Positions 18,185 to 28,147 of a stretch of DNA of 32,000 bases are shown piece by piece. Position 1 is the first letter of the stretch. Each line of letters opens with the position of its first letter. The notes beneath the pieces were generated by a model that was given only the letters and a program-made list of their open reading frames with translations, searched no databases and was not told where the DNA came from. This DNA comes from Halomicronema hongdechloris C2206 (GTDB lineage Bacteria > Cyanobacteriota > Cyanobacteriia > Phormidesmidales > Phormidesmidaceae). Position numbers and translations under genes: made by a program. Location of the stretch: contig NZ_CP021983.2 in assembly GCF_002075285.3 (NCBI RefSeq), forward strand, positions 2,730,001 through 2,762,000, read 5' to 3'.

Positions 18185-20245
18185 TCAAGGCCTCTGGCTC
18201 TGCCTCACCCTTTCTTTCTCGTTCGCATTGCTAGTACCAGCCCTCTGGTGGATGTTGCCGGATCGACGAGCGACCATGTGATTCCCTGCTAGCGTCATCG
18301 ACTCTCTCACCCTCGTCCTGGCCATTGGCCGGGATTTTTTTGCGCCTATATAGCGTTGGCCAGTCAGGCCATTTGGCGCTGGATCAGCCCCCTTCACTCA
18401 CCACCGTGTGCATCTGCATGGGCATGGCCCGGATATCCTCGGCCAGCCCCGCCTTCTCAGCGGCGTCCCAGGCTGCTTCCAGGGAAATTAGAGCGCCCCC
18501 GGCAGGTTTTCAAAGATGGACCGGCGCTGAGGCGACTGGTCTGTAACACCACGCCCAATTGACGTCGTACGCCACCCCCAGGGCAATCAGGGCTAGGGGG
18601 TGGGCTGTAGTAGACGAGCAATCCCAGATTTAACAGGGAAAAGATCCCGGCAAAGAGGCCTTGCAGGGCGGAGCCACTGAGTTTGCGACGGATGGCGGTG
18701 ATGCTGGAAACGCGGGAGTTGAGGTCGCCGCTGGCAAACTGACGATAGAAGGCCATGCGCAGGGTCAGCAATCGGTCCCAGACGGCGGCTTGCAGCGCCA
18801 TGTCGGAACCGGTCTCCACCCGTAGGGTGGCAATGGCCTGGCTCAAGCGAAAGCTGGCCCCCCCCTAGAGCCGCCGCTAATAGGCCAAGCCTAGCTGCAC
18901 TAGCAGGGTGCGATCGCCGTAGGGCACCACGGTATCGACTAGCACGGCAGTCGCCTGGGGCACCACCATGCCGATTAGGGTGGCGGCAACCCCAGTTAGC
19001 CCAATCATCAGCCAGTCCCGACTCTGACCGCGGCAGGCAAATGTCAGTAGCGAGAGGGCATTCGAGTCATCCCCTGGCAAGGGACGATAGAAGACAAAGG
19101 CGGTCGGATCGAGGGTTTGAGCTAGGGCTGCCGTCACTAGCTGGCGCTGGGGCAGCGACGCTGTTCGCTGTCCCAGGGATCGAATAATTCGTAGCGGTTG
19201 CCCGGACTGGTAGTAGGGCTACGGGATGATGGTCATCCTGGGTGTAGGCCACCAGGGGCCACTGTCTTGGCGCCACCCACTGGCCCGCAGCAATACTCGT
19301 CGCAGTCGCAACTGAGAGGCCGGGCATGGCGTCTAGGGGGTCTTTGGTGCGAGTGGTGTTTTCTGAGGGGGCCGGCGGTGAATGGCCACTCCCAGGGCCT
19401 TGCCCACTGCTCCCGCCGCCGCCAATAGGGGAGATTCGATGTCCTGAGACAGGTCATCCGGGTCCAGTACTCCGGTCAGGGTTCGTACGACGGTTTCGGT
19501 GACAGACTGGTTGAGGCGCTGCCGCTGCTGGAATCGTTTCAGGCTCAGGCGTTGGTCACGGGTCTGGATCAGCGCCAAGGTACTGAAGACATAGCGATGG
19601 AGTTGGGCTAGCCCCCGAATTAGAATTTTGCGATGCCTGACTTCGGTGGTAGGGCGAATGAAGAATTCTAGGTGATCCTGGGCCTGCAGAAACATGCCAT
19701 CCCCCAAGGGAAAACAGCCTAGCTCTGCCGTCAGAGGAAAGGCGGGGTTGCCCATCCAGGAGGCTATGCCCTGTTGCATCCGCACCCAGGCTACCTCTCC
19801 GGTGGCAGCACGGCACACCTGGCCAGAGGTGAGGGAGATGTAGTGAATGTCGGGAACGATGCCACTCTGGGCCGGTTTAGCCAGGCCATCGATTTGACCG
19901 AGATGGTGAATCCAGGGATCGATCAGCTGCCTCAGGGGGTCGGTTGGACAGCCGGTTTCGTCGGTTTCCTGCAGGGGAAAAGATGCGATCGCAACCGGTT
20001 CTAATGCCACTGCGAGCAACCCCAATCCAGTGGTTTCACAGACCCTGGCCCCAAACAACGCCTCTGCTGGCCCTACCGTAAACAGAAACCGCCGTTCTCC
20101 CACTGGCTCTTCCTGGGCCATAGGCACCGCGAAGATGGCCATCCGACCAGACTGCATGCCAGCCAGTGGCGGGATCCGTCAACAGCAGTGGTTGATTGGC
20201 AGTAATGATACGGGGATAGGACTGGGCGATCGGGGTGAGAGTCAT
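18185..20245 (-). pseudogene. Relic of an NHLP/NHLM-type bacteriocin export ABC transporter (cNMP-binding-like N-terminal domain + permease + ATPase); many frameshifts and a deletion of about 1 kb
   Basis: From the ATG at 20245 the product reads MTLTPIAQSYPRIITANQPLLLTDPATGWHAVWSG|RMAIFAVPMAQEEPVGERRFLFTVGPAEALFG, then ESPLLAAAGAVGKALGV, DPLDAM|ASQLRLRRVLLRASGWRQDSGP|LVAYTQDDHHPVALLP, LDPTAFVFYRPLPGDD, and TM1-3 (LMIGLTGVAATLIGMVVPQATAVLVD; LSQAIATLRVETGSDMALQAAVWDRLLTLRMAFYRQFASGDLNSRV; LLVYYSPPLALIALGVA). Within about 80 nt (18492-18570) it jumps to the ATPase segment ISLEAAWDAAEKAGLAEDIRAMPMQMHTVVSEGG (18387-18491). Only degenerate remains lie below 18385. There are at least 8 frame changes. 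Confidence 0.8.
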
Positions 20246-20850
20246 GGGCCTTCCTCGCGGCGAATCAAGCGTCCATAGTGGCCGTCCTGCTGCCAGAGGC
20301 TCTGATGGGTGCCGCGCTGCACCACCCGAGCTGCCATTGATGACCCGCCAGCCCCCGACCACCAGCAAGGCCAGGTTGGTCAGGGTGGAGAGCAGCGGCG
20401 GTAGAATGCCCAACACTTGATTGGTCAGGCCCAGACCTTGCTGAACATTGATGGATTTGGTGTAGTAGCCGGCCCAGCGGCCGAAAAAGTCGGATTCCAG
20501 GCCGGAGGCCTTCAGGGTTTCCATATTTTGCAACCCTGCGATCGCAACCCCAGCAGCCTTGCCAGCGTCCTGGGCCAACCGCAAGTTGGCATCCACCCGG
20601 TGGCGAGCGATCCACTGCAGCAGCACTACATTGATCCCAGCGAAGCCGACCACGATGGCCGTCAGCACACTGGCCGCCGTCACCCCGCCCCGAGAGACCC
20701 CACAGGCTTGGCGCAGCTCGGCTAAGGGCACGGTTTACCGTAGTAACCCAGGATGATGGCCAAGGCCGCCGCCCCACATTCCACCGCTTCCATCTGCAAG
20801 ATGGTAGGGGTCTTGACCCGGCTAGAGCGGTGCTTCGTCTGGGGCTTTTT
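20242..20850 (-). pseudogene. Relic of a C39-peptidase-domain bacteriocin export ABC transporter (peptidase/permease/ATPase), reduced to about 0.6 kb
   Basis: [29 protein letters not shown] (the C39 catalytic Cys context) and, after a frameshift, [14 protein letters not shown]. At about 20685-20690 it jumps into mid-permease (VTAASVLTAIVVGF..GLQNMETLKASGLESDFFGRWAGYY..LALLVVGGWRVING). At about 20325-20335 it jumps to the extreme ATPase C-terminus (RVVQRGTHQSLWQQDGHYGRLIRREEGP*). The stop overlaps the next relic's start as ATGA (20242-20245). No in-frame start codon lies upstream of the conserved N-terminal residues. Confidence 0.8.
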
Positions 20851-20854
20851 TTGT

Positions 20855-22723
20855 TTACTGCTCTAACATTTGCAAGCGATAGAGGCTGGCGTAGAGCCCT
20901 TCCTGGCGCAGCAACTCTTCGTGGCTACCCGTTTCAATCAATTGCCCCTGCTTCAGCACCAAGATGCGATCGACATGGCGAATGGTAGATAGGCGGTGGG
21001 CGATGATAATGGCGGTACGGCCCACGAGCAACTGCTCTAGGGCTGATTGGATCAGGGCTTCGGTGCCCACATCTAGGTTGGCTGTTGCCTCATCCAAAAT
21101 CAAAATGCCAGGATCGCGAATGGCGGCGCGGGCAAAGGCCAGCAGTTGTTTTTGGCCCCCAGAGAGGTTGGTGCCCCGCTCTCGCAGCACCGTATCGTAC
21201 CCCTGGGGCAGCCGTTCGATGAACTGGGCCACGTTGGTTTTCTCGGCCGCTGCTTTCACCTGGTCTAAGGAATAGTCTTCTCCTAGGGTGATATTGCTTT
21301 TAATGTCGCCAGCGAAGAGGAAGCCATCCTGCAGAATCACCGCCATGCGGCGACGCAGGTCGCTCTGGGGTAGATGGCGAATATTGATGCCATCTAGCAG
21401 GATTTGACCTCGGGTGACATCGTAGAGGCGGCAAAGGAGTCGAATGATCGAACTTTTGCCGGCGCCGGTAGGCCCCACCAGGGCGACTTTCTCCCCAGGC
21501 CGAATGGTGAAGTGCAGATCTTGCAGCACATACTCCTCGGGCTTATAGCTGAACCAAACATGGTCAAAGCAAATTTCCGCCGGCGGTGGGGACGTCTGTG
21601 GAGGCGGCGATGCCGAGGGCAGAGAGGCTTGGCTATGAGGGTCTGGGTCGCGAATTTCCACCGGCACCATAAACAGGTCAGTGATGCGTTCGATGGCAGT
21701 AAAGCCGGCCTGAATGGCCGTGAACTTGTCGGCAAACTGACGGAGAGGGTCGAATAGGCGCTGAGCAAACAGAATAAAGGAGGCCAGGGTACCAAAGGTA
21801 AGGGTGTCTTGCATGACCAGTAAGCCGCCTAACCACAGCACCCCACCAATAGCCACCAGAGAAATCCACTCCAGGGTAGAGGAGACGGCAGAGTCGTGGA
21901 AGATGGTCTTATCGACGGCTCGGATGTAACTCTGGTTGGTGCGGCGAAACAGTTCGGCATTGAAGCGTTCCCGCCGAAACAGCTGCACCACATCAATGCC
22001 AGCAATATTTTCCTGCAGGGTGGCATTGAGTTCGGAGAGTTTTTCCCGAGCCTTGTAGTTGGCTTTGCGATACTGCTGTTGAAAGTAGATGATCAGCCAG
22101 GCCACGGGCAGCAACATGGCGATCAGCATGAGCCCGAGTTGCCACTGCAGCATCAGCATGGCCACGGCCAGCACCAGCAGGGAAAAGATATCGCTGATAA
22201 TGCCTACTGCCCCGGTGGAGAACACATCACCTAGGGCGTCGACGTCGCTAGTGAGGCGAGTAATCAGCTTGCCGACGGGGCTGCGGTCGAAGAAGCGCAC
22301 GGCCAGGGAGGTGACATGGGTGAAGAGGTCATTGCGGATGTGGGCAGTGATGTGCTGTCCTACCCGCTGCACCGTGTAGCTCTGCCAGCCGTCTAGGGCC
22401 AGGCGCACGGCCACTGTGCCCAGCAACAAGCCGACGACTAGATTTAGGCCCCCCTGGAGGGTGCGCCCTTCCAGAAACCAAGCTACGGGTTCCTGGCGAA
22501 TCAGAGAGATGGCTTGGCCAATCAGGATCGGCTGCAGGGCATTGGCTACCGACAGGGGAATCAGTAGCAGTAGGGGCAACAGCATTTGTCGCCGCCGTTG
22601 GTAGATGTAGGGCCACAGCCGCAAAAATAGCCGCCAATCACTGTTGGGGCGGCTTTGGTCAAACGACTGGGGCAAGGGGGCAGCGGAAGACATAACGGGG
22701 AGCAGACGAGGGTCGTGTCGCAT
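20855..22723 (-). CDS. ABC exporter, fused permease/ATPase (MsbA/MdlB-like)
   Basis: Intact 622-aa ORF with a six-TM ABC_membrane region. Walker A is GPTGAGKSS, signature [14 protein letters not shown], Walker [14 protein letters not shown]-loop [10 protein letters not shown] Pro/Ser-rich linker ([15 protein letters not shown]) precedes the ATPase. Confidence 0.9.
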   Translation of the reverse strand: MRHDPRLLPVMSSAAPLPQSFDQSRPNSDWRLFLRLWPYIYQRRRQMLLPLLLLIPLSVANALQPILIGQAISLIRQEPVAWFLEGRTLQGGLNLVVGLLLGTVAVRLALDGWQSYTVQRVGQHITAHIRNDLFTHVTSLAVRFFDRSPVGKLITRLTSDVDALGDVFSTGAVGIISDIFSLLVLAVAMLMLQWQLGLMLIAMLLPVAWLIIYFQQQYRKANYKAREKLSELNATLQENIAGIDVVQLFRRERFNAELFRRTNQSYIRAVDKTIFHDSAVSSTLEWISLVAIGGVLWLGGLLVMQDTLTFGTLASFILFAQRLFDPLRQFADKFTAIQAGFTAIERITDLFMVPVEIRDPDPHSQASLPSASPPPQTSPPPAEICFDHVWFSYKPEEYVLQDLHFTIRPGEKVALVGPTGAGKSSIIRLLCRLYDVTRGQILLDGINIRHLPQSDLRRRMAVILQDGFLFAGDIKSNITLGEDYSLDQVKAAAEKTNVAQFIERLPQGYDTVLRERGTNLSGGQKQLLAFARAAIRDPGILILDEATANLDVGTEALIQSALEQLLVGRTAIIIAHRLSTIRHVDRILVLKQGQLIETGSHEELLRQEGLYASLYRLQMLEQ

Positions 22724-23584
22724 GGCGGCATGAAAGGCCTAGGCGTGACGCTAAGCTACTGGGGCTGCTGCCCAGGCAGCGGTCAAACTGTGCCAAGCAC
22801 TACATACTGTAACGCATTCGCAGCAATGCCTCAGGATACGGGAACAAGTGCCAGTGTTTGGACTTCCTAGAAACCGGTGGGCAACAGAGAAGCTAGCAGT
22901 ATAGGCCCAGTGCATTGAGCCCTTTGGCAGCGCGATGGTCCGCCAAAGACGGCAGGGCTGAATGGCCAACATTCCAGATAGGGCTGCAGCTCCGAGCTTG
23001 AGCGCCGTCAGGTGGCGGCAAGAGATTGTCAATCAGGGTTAAGGTTTGTAAAAGGAGACAAATTTTAGATTTTCTTCGCGATCCCGAGGCGGTTTTCTAC
23101 AGCACTTTCCCCAGAATCCACCGAGTTTTCCACAGGAGAGCACCCAATATTGAGGGGTTAAGGAAAGTCTGTGGAAATCGCTAATCCACAGGCAGTGGCG
23201 GGATCGCTAAAGTACGATTGTAGCTCAGGTTACTTTCGGGATCGCTCAACAACCGATTCCGTCGTGACCGGATTTTCCCAGCCGGGGGGGGCTCCGCTGC
23301 GGCTAGATTGACAGCCGCTAGGGGGAGTAGGGCACAATGATGCGACCAGCGAAAGAGAGTATCTGACAAGGTATAGCTTCGGCTCCGAGAAATGCCTAAT
23401 TAGGGGGATGGAGGGTTTGCATCTGCCGTAGTCTGCTCTGTTCCTTGTCAAATGCGCTCTGTCAGCGCCCCACCTTGGCCAGGATTTCCCTCTGTGGAGA
23501 TCAGGTTTGCCAGTGATGGTGGGTGTGCTGCTTTCGCCTGCCGACTGATGGTCTGCTCAGGAATCCTTTAGGAGGAATTGGTCC

Positions 23585-23797
23585 ATGGAAGAAACGATGA
23601 CACCTCGCCTCAGCCTACATGCAGAAATTCCCGAGGATCTCTACGATGCGCTTCAAAACTACCTGGAAACGCGTCCCCACTGGAATCAACATCGGGTCTT
23701 CTGCGCCGCCCTATCTCTATTTCTGATGCAAAATGGCACCTGCGATCGCAAGATCAATCGCTTTTATCTAGATTCCCTATTCGACTATGTTGCTTAG
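23585..23797 (+). CDS. Small conserved cyanobacterial protein (DUF2811-like)
   Basis: 70 aa, with aggagga 7-8 nt upstream of the ATG. The pattern IPEDLYDALQNYLETRPHWNQHRVFCAALSLFLMQNG matches my recollection of DUF2811; not verified. Confidence 0.65.
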   Translation: MEETMTPRLSLHAEIPEDLYDALQNYLETRPHWNQHRVFCAALSLFLMQNGTCDRKINRFYLDSLFDYVA

Positions 23798-24015
23798 GCC
23801 AACCGTAGCGTTTGCCAGTCAGCTGGGGACATGGCTACTCGTTTAACTGCCGCTTCTAGGAGGCTGATTGGCCCGTAATCGCCTCAAACTTGGTGGCGGA
23901 GATCCCTGCGACATCAACACTCAAGGCCCTCCCCAGTGATCAGGGAGAGCCTCTATCATCAATGGCTTCGCCTTCCTACTAGAGGAGAGGTAAGGGGAAG
24001 GCTGATGCCACCGAA

Positions 24016-24303
24016 TTACTTGAACTTAGAGGCGATGTTGTCGAAGGTAGTCTGAACATCATTCATCACCGACTTGAGCCCGGCTTGGGCTTCCTGGAGG
24101 GCCTCGCCGCTAGCAGTTTTAAGGTCTTCTAGTTTTTGCTGGGCCTGCTGACGCTGCTCCTGCAGGGTCTGCATTTGCTGTTCGTACTGCAGTTTAGTGT
24201 CGGCAGTGGTTTGATCGGCCTTGGCCTTGAGCTCGCTAATTTGAGCGTCCCACTTTTCTAGTTGGGCTTCGGCTTGCTTTTGGAGTGATTCTTTCGTAGA
24301 CAT
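24016..24303 (-). CDS. Small coiled-coil, Gln/Glu/Lys/Ala-rich protein (LEA/apolipoprotein-like amphipathic helices)
   Basis: 95 aa: KQAEAQLEKWDAQISELKAKADQTTADTKLQYEQQMQTLQEQRQQAQQKLEDLK. No signal peptide. Confidence 0.7.
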   Translation of the reverse strand: MSTKESLQKQAEAQLEKWDAQISELKAKADQTTADTKLQYEQQMQTLQEQRQQAQQKLEDLKTASGEALQEAQAGLKSVMNDVQTTFDNIASKFK

Positions 24304-24391
24304 GGGGATAATCCTATACTAAACGAACGGAGTGACAACGGCGGCTACCCTTGCCATTACTGAAGTCATGTATTCCTCTGGTCCTCAGAAT

Positions 24392-25078
24392 CTATTGGAA
24401 CCAGTTGCGGATAGATTGGAAAAATCCGCCCGATGACTCTTCTAGTTGATCAGCGGCTTGCTTCATTTGATCAGTGGTTTTTTCGACAGCTTCCTCAGCC
24501 CTTTCGGTGGTGTCTTCTATCACGTCTTCAGCCTTCTGGTCGGCTTTCTGAGCCTGCTCCCGGATTTGCTCCTGAACTTGCTGGGAGCGATCCGTCAGCT
24601 CCTCCTGGGCCGCCTGGGCCGCTGCTTCGGTGTTCGCTTTCACCTCGCTGGCGGTTTCTTTGGCCGTGTCTTGGGCCTGCTCAGTGGCCTGCTCCAGGCC
24701 AGATTTGGCCTGCTCGGCTTGTTCTTGCAGCTGTTTGCCCACCTCTTGAGCAGTAACCTTGCCGGTTTCAATCTGCTGCCCTACTGTGTCTGCCGTATCC
24801 TCGGCCCCAGCCTTGACCGAGTCTGTGATCTCAGCGGCGGTCTCCTCCACCTGCTCCTTGACCTCGGCGGTGGCCTCGGCCAGTTGCTCCTGACCTTGGG
24901 GCTGAGCCGTGTCATCTACTGCCACCGCAGGGGTTGACTCTACCATCGCCGCCGCTCCGGCGGCGGCCCAGGCCGCTGTCGGTAAGACTAAGCTGGCCAA
25001 TAGACTTGCGATCGCAAGCGAGAGACCCAGGATCTGCCAGGCCCCTAACCAAGCCCGACGTGGTCGCATAACGCGCAT
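24392..25078 (-). CDS. Secreted or membrane-anchored LEA-like repeat protein
   Basis: The start is taken at the internal Met (MRVMRPRRAWLGAWQILGLSLAIASLLASLVLPTAAWA|AAG) of ORF 24392..25234. The remainder is E/Q/A/T/K-rich amphipathic repeats (AEQAKSGLEQATEQAQDTAKETASEVKANTEAAAQAAQEE). Confidence 0.7.
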   Translation of the reverse strand: MRVMRPRRAWLGAWQILGLSLAIASLLASLVLPTAAWAAAGAAAMVESTPAVAVDDTAQPQGQEQLAEATAEVKEQVEETAAEITDSVKAGAEDTADTVGQQIETGKVTAQEVGKQLQEQAEQAKSGLEQATEQAQDTAKETASEVKANTEAAAQAAQEELTDRSQQVQEQIREQAQKADQKAEDVIEDTTERAEEAVEKTTDQMKQAADQLEESSGGFFQSIRNWFQ

Positions 25079-25390
25079 AAACTTATCTCCTTGCCAGATA
25101 TGACACATGAGGCATGGCTCGATCCTATAGACAATGGCAAGGGTTGCAATCAGTCTCTGGGCTGACTTCATTTCACCTACGTGCTGCAGACTACAACCGA
25201 CCATGCCCTCACCCCCCAATAGGTGTACTGCCAATACCGGTGACAGGACTCAGAGTTGTCTGCAGCTCAGCCAAGATGTCACTTGGGGCTCGCCGTGTCC
25301 CCGTCGTTGTCTGGGCGTTAGCTCTAACATTTACTGTAGGTGTTTTCCTCCAGTAATCTAATGGCCTAATCACCCTTATTCCTAGCGCCC

Positions 25391-26362
25391 GTGAAGATTG
25401 CCTTTATCATTGACCCCATTGACCGCCTCGATCCGGGGCACGATACTAGCGTTGCCCTGATGGAAGCGGCCCAGGCTCGAGGAGATCAGGTTTGGATTAC
25501 CGAAGCCAGCCACCTCAGCGTCGTGCAAAGTCAGGCCCTGGCCCTGATGCGGCCGCTGAGCCTGACGCCAGTGGAGTTGGGCCAGGACCGTTGGGTGGCC
25601 GTCGAAGACTGGTATCGACTGGGAGAGCCAGTGCTCAGCCCCCTAGAAGAGATGGATGCCGTTTTCATGCGCACCGATCCACCGGTGACCATTCCCTACC
25701 TCTACACCACTTACATTCTTGACTATGTCGATCCGAGCAAGACTCGGGTGATCAATGCTCCCAGGGGATTGCGAGCTGCCAATGAGAAGATGTATGCCCT
25801 GCAGTTCACCGAGGCCATCCCCGACACCATCGTCAGCCGGGAGAAACCGGTGATTCGAGAGGCGGTGGAACGGTGGGGGGCAGCGGTGCTGAAGCCTCTC
25901 GATGGCAAGGCCGGAGAAGGCATTCTGTTTTTAGAAACGTGCGATCGCAACTTTAACTCCATAGTCGAAGTCAGCACTCGCCAGGGGCGATTACCGGTGA
26001 TGGTGCAACAGTTTCTGCCGGCAGCCAAAGCAGGCGACAAACGCATTATCTTGTTAGATGGCATCCCCATTGGCGCCGTGAACCGGATTCCCTCCGGCAG
26101 TGAATTTCGCGGCAATATGGCCGTAGGCGGTCGGGTGGCTGCCGCCGACATCACCGAGCGAGAGGGCCAAATCTGCGACCAACTGGCCCCAATCCTGCGC
26201 CGGGATGGCCTCGTTTTCGTGGGCATCGACGTGATCGGCGGCTATCTCACCGAAGTGAATGTCACCAGCCCCACCGGCGTGCGAGAAATCGACCGACTGA
26301 ACCAGACCCGGTTAGGAGAGCAAGTACTCGACTGGATCGCCACCACAGGCCAGGCCGCTTGA
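25391..26362 (+). CDS. gshB: Glutathione synthetase
   Basis: MKIAFIIDPIDRLDPGHDTSVALMEAA..MRTDPPV..NEKMYAL..LKPLDGKAGEGI..GDKRIILLDG..SEFRGNMAVGG..VGIDVIGGYLTEVNVTSPTG. It is full length (323 aa) with a GTG start. Confidence 0.95.
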   Translation: MKIAFIIDPIDRLDPGHDTSVALMEAAQARGDQVWITEASHLSVVQSQALALMRPLSLTPVELGQDRWVAVEDWYRLGEPVLSPLEEMDAVFMRTDPPVTIPYLYTTYILDYVDPSKTRVINAPRGLRAANEKMYALQFTEAIPDTIVSREKPVIREAVERWGAAVLKPLDGKAGEGILFLETCDRNFNSIVEVSTRQGRLPVMVQQFLPAAKAGDKRIILLDGIPIGAVNRIPSGSEFRGNMAVGGRVAAADITEREGQICDQLAPILRRDGLVFVGIDVIGGYLTEVNVTSPTGVREIDRLNQTRLGEQVLDWIATTGQAA

Positions 26363-26478
26363 GTCAAGAGTATAGATCGGTGATATTCCCGTTTCCTGAA
26401 CTCAGCCGTTGCCGCTTTCGGCACTGTGGAGCTTAGGCCACCGGCACGAGAGCGCCATTCACCGCAGCCATTGACAAA

Positions 26479-27798
26479 ATGCCGATTCAGCCCTTTATCA
26501 CGCCACCAGCTGCGTCCCACTACTGGCTTACCCAGGCTCGTATCCCTCTGTCCTTACTGGCACTGGCCGAGCCTTCCTTGCCGTCCATAGATCCGGACCT
26601 GGTCGCGGCTGACCTTGAAATCAAAGACGGTGCCATTGCCACCATCGTTCCTGCCGGGACGGCTGCCGATTCCCAAGCAACGATTTCCCTGAACCAGGCC
26701 ATGATCTGGCCTGGCTTTATCGATATCCACACCCACCTAGATAAAGGGCATATTTGGCCCCGCCAACGTAATTCAGATGGCACCTTTGACCAAGCCCTAA
26801 TGGCCTCAGAGCAAGATCGGCAGGTGCACTGGAACGCCGACGATCTCTACCGGCGTATGAGCTTTGGCCTGCGTTGTAGCTATGCCCATGGCACCACGGC
26901 AGTACGCACCCATCTAGATGCCTTTGCAGCCCAAGCGCCGATCAGCTTCGAGGTATTCGAGACCCTGCGGCAGGAATGGGCTGGCAACCTGGAGCTCCAG
27001 GCGGTGTGCCTGGTTCCCCTGGAACTGTTGAAGACTGACTATGGCCCCATCCTGGCCGACCTGGTAGCTCAAGTAGGTGGCATCTTGGGCGGAGTGACTT
27101 ACGCTCATCCGGCTCTAGATGCCCTCATTGATCGGGCCTTTACCCTGGCCCAAGAACGACATCTGCCCCTGGATTTTCATGTAGATGAGAGTCTAAACCC
27201 TGACGATGATGCCTTGGGCCGCATTGCTCGGGCAGCCTTACTCTATTCCCTAGAGCAACCTGTGGTCTGTGGTCACTGCTGTAGTCTATCGGTGCAATCT
27301 GAGGCCAAGGCGGCCGAGACCATTAGCCTGATCAAGGCAGCCGGTATTGGTATCGTCAGTCTGCCCCTGTGCAATCTCTATCTGCAGCATCGGCGACCGG
27401 GTCGCACCCCTCGCTATCGCGGCATCACCCTAGTGCAGGAGTTGGCCCAGGCAGGGGTTCCAGTGGCCTTCGCTAGTGATAACTGCCGGGATCCATTTTT
27501 TGCCTACGGAGACCACGATGGTCTAGAGGTGTTCACCCAGTCTGTGCGCATTGGCCAGCTGGATCGGCCCTTAGGTGCCTGGCCCCGGGCCGTGACCCAA
27601 ACCCCTGCCGATCTTATGGGGCTGCCTCGGGCAGGTCGCATCGCCCCTGGCCTTCCCGCCGATTTGGTGATCTTTCCAGCCCGTAGCTTCAATGAGCTGC
27701 TGTGCCGTCCCCAAGCCGATCGCCTAGTATTGCGGCAAGGGAGAGCGATTGACTCTAGTCCACCAGCCTATCAAGAGTTGGATGCTCTGATGGGGTGA
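26479..27798 (+). CDS. Cytosine deaminase-like amidohydrolase
   Basis: 439 aa with the metal-binding motif FIDIHTHLDKGHIW, DFHVDES, and the C-terminal block YRGITLVQELAQAGVPVAFASDNCRDPFFAYG. That block parallels E. coli CodA [32 protein letters not shown]. Confidence 0.8.
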   Translation: MPIQPFITPPAASHYWLTQARIPLSLLALAEPSLPSIDPDLVAADLEIKDGAIATIVPAGTAADSQATISLNQAMIWPGFIDIHTHLDKGHIWPRQRNSDGTFDQALMASEQDRQVHWNADDLYRRMSFGLRCSYAHGTTAVRTHLDAFAAQAPISFEVFETLRQEWAGNLELQAVCLVPLELLKTDYGPILADLVAQVGGILGGVTYAHPALDALIDRAFTLAQERHLPLDFHVDESLNPDDDALGRIARAALLYSLEQPVVCGHCCSLSVQSEAKAAETISLIKAAGIGIVSLPLCNLYLQHRRPGRTPRYRGITLVQELAQAGVPVAFASDNCRDPFFAYGDHDGLEVFTQSVRIGQLDRPLGAWPRAVTQTPADLMGLPRAGRIAPGLPADLVIFPARSFNELLCRPQADRLVLRQGRAIDSSPPAYQELDALMG

Positions 27799-27801
27799 TG
27801 C

Positions 27802-27821
27802 CAGTTCTAACAGTTCTAACA
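27802..27821. repeat. Perfect 9-bp tandem duplication (cagttctaa x2, plus ca) at the left border of the low-GC islet
   Basis: Read directly, starting 4 nt after the stop codon (27796-27798) of the cytosine-deaminase-like gene. Confidence 0.9.
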
Positions 27822-28147
27822 AGTAGCTCCCCGACTCACCCAGGTAGGAGGTAGTCTACATACACGCATGACCATAAAACCCTTGATCTCAGCAGGCAGG
27901 CTGTACCTCAGGCGTGACTTTTAGCCGTTAGCCATTGGAATTTGGTCAGTCAATCGGGATATTCCAGGCACTTCTAGATGTTAAGGCAAGGCCATAGGCA
28001 TCTCAGACATCAAACCTTATCAACTAACCAGCTATATTAATGGCATGTGCTAGGTGGACATCCCTAAATCAAAGGGTGTGCTGTGGAGTCAGCTAACATA
28101 CCGTAGTTGGATTGCAGAGTTGCTATAGGCATCTATAGCCATAGGAT

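Noticed and set aside
22751-23451. Three minus-strand ORFs (93, 62 and 73 aa) in the long spacer
   Set aside because: Their composition is Cys/Arg/Ser/Pro-rich, they overlap each other, and they have no start context.
24433-24937. Leu-rich plus-strand ORFs (107 and 163 aa) antisense to the LEA-like gene
   Set aside because: They are mirror images of GAG/CAG/GCC/AAG-rich codons. The sense gene has a signal peptide and coherent repeats.
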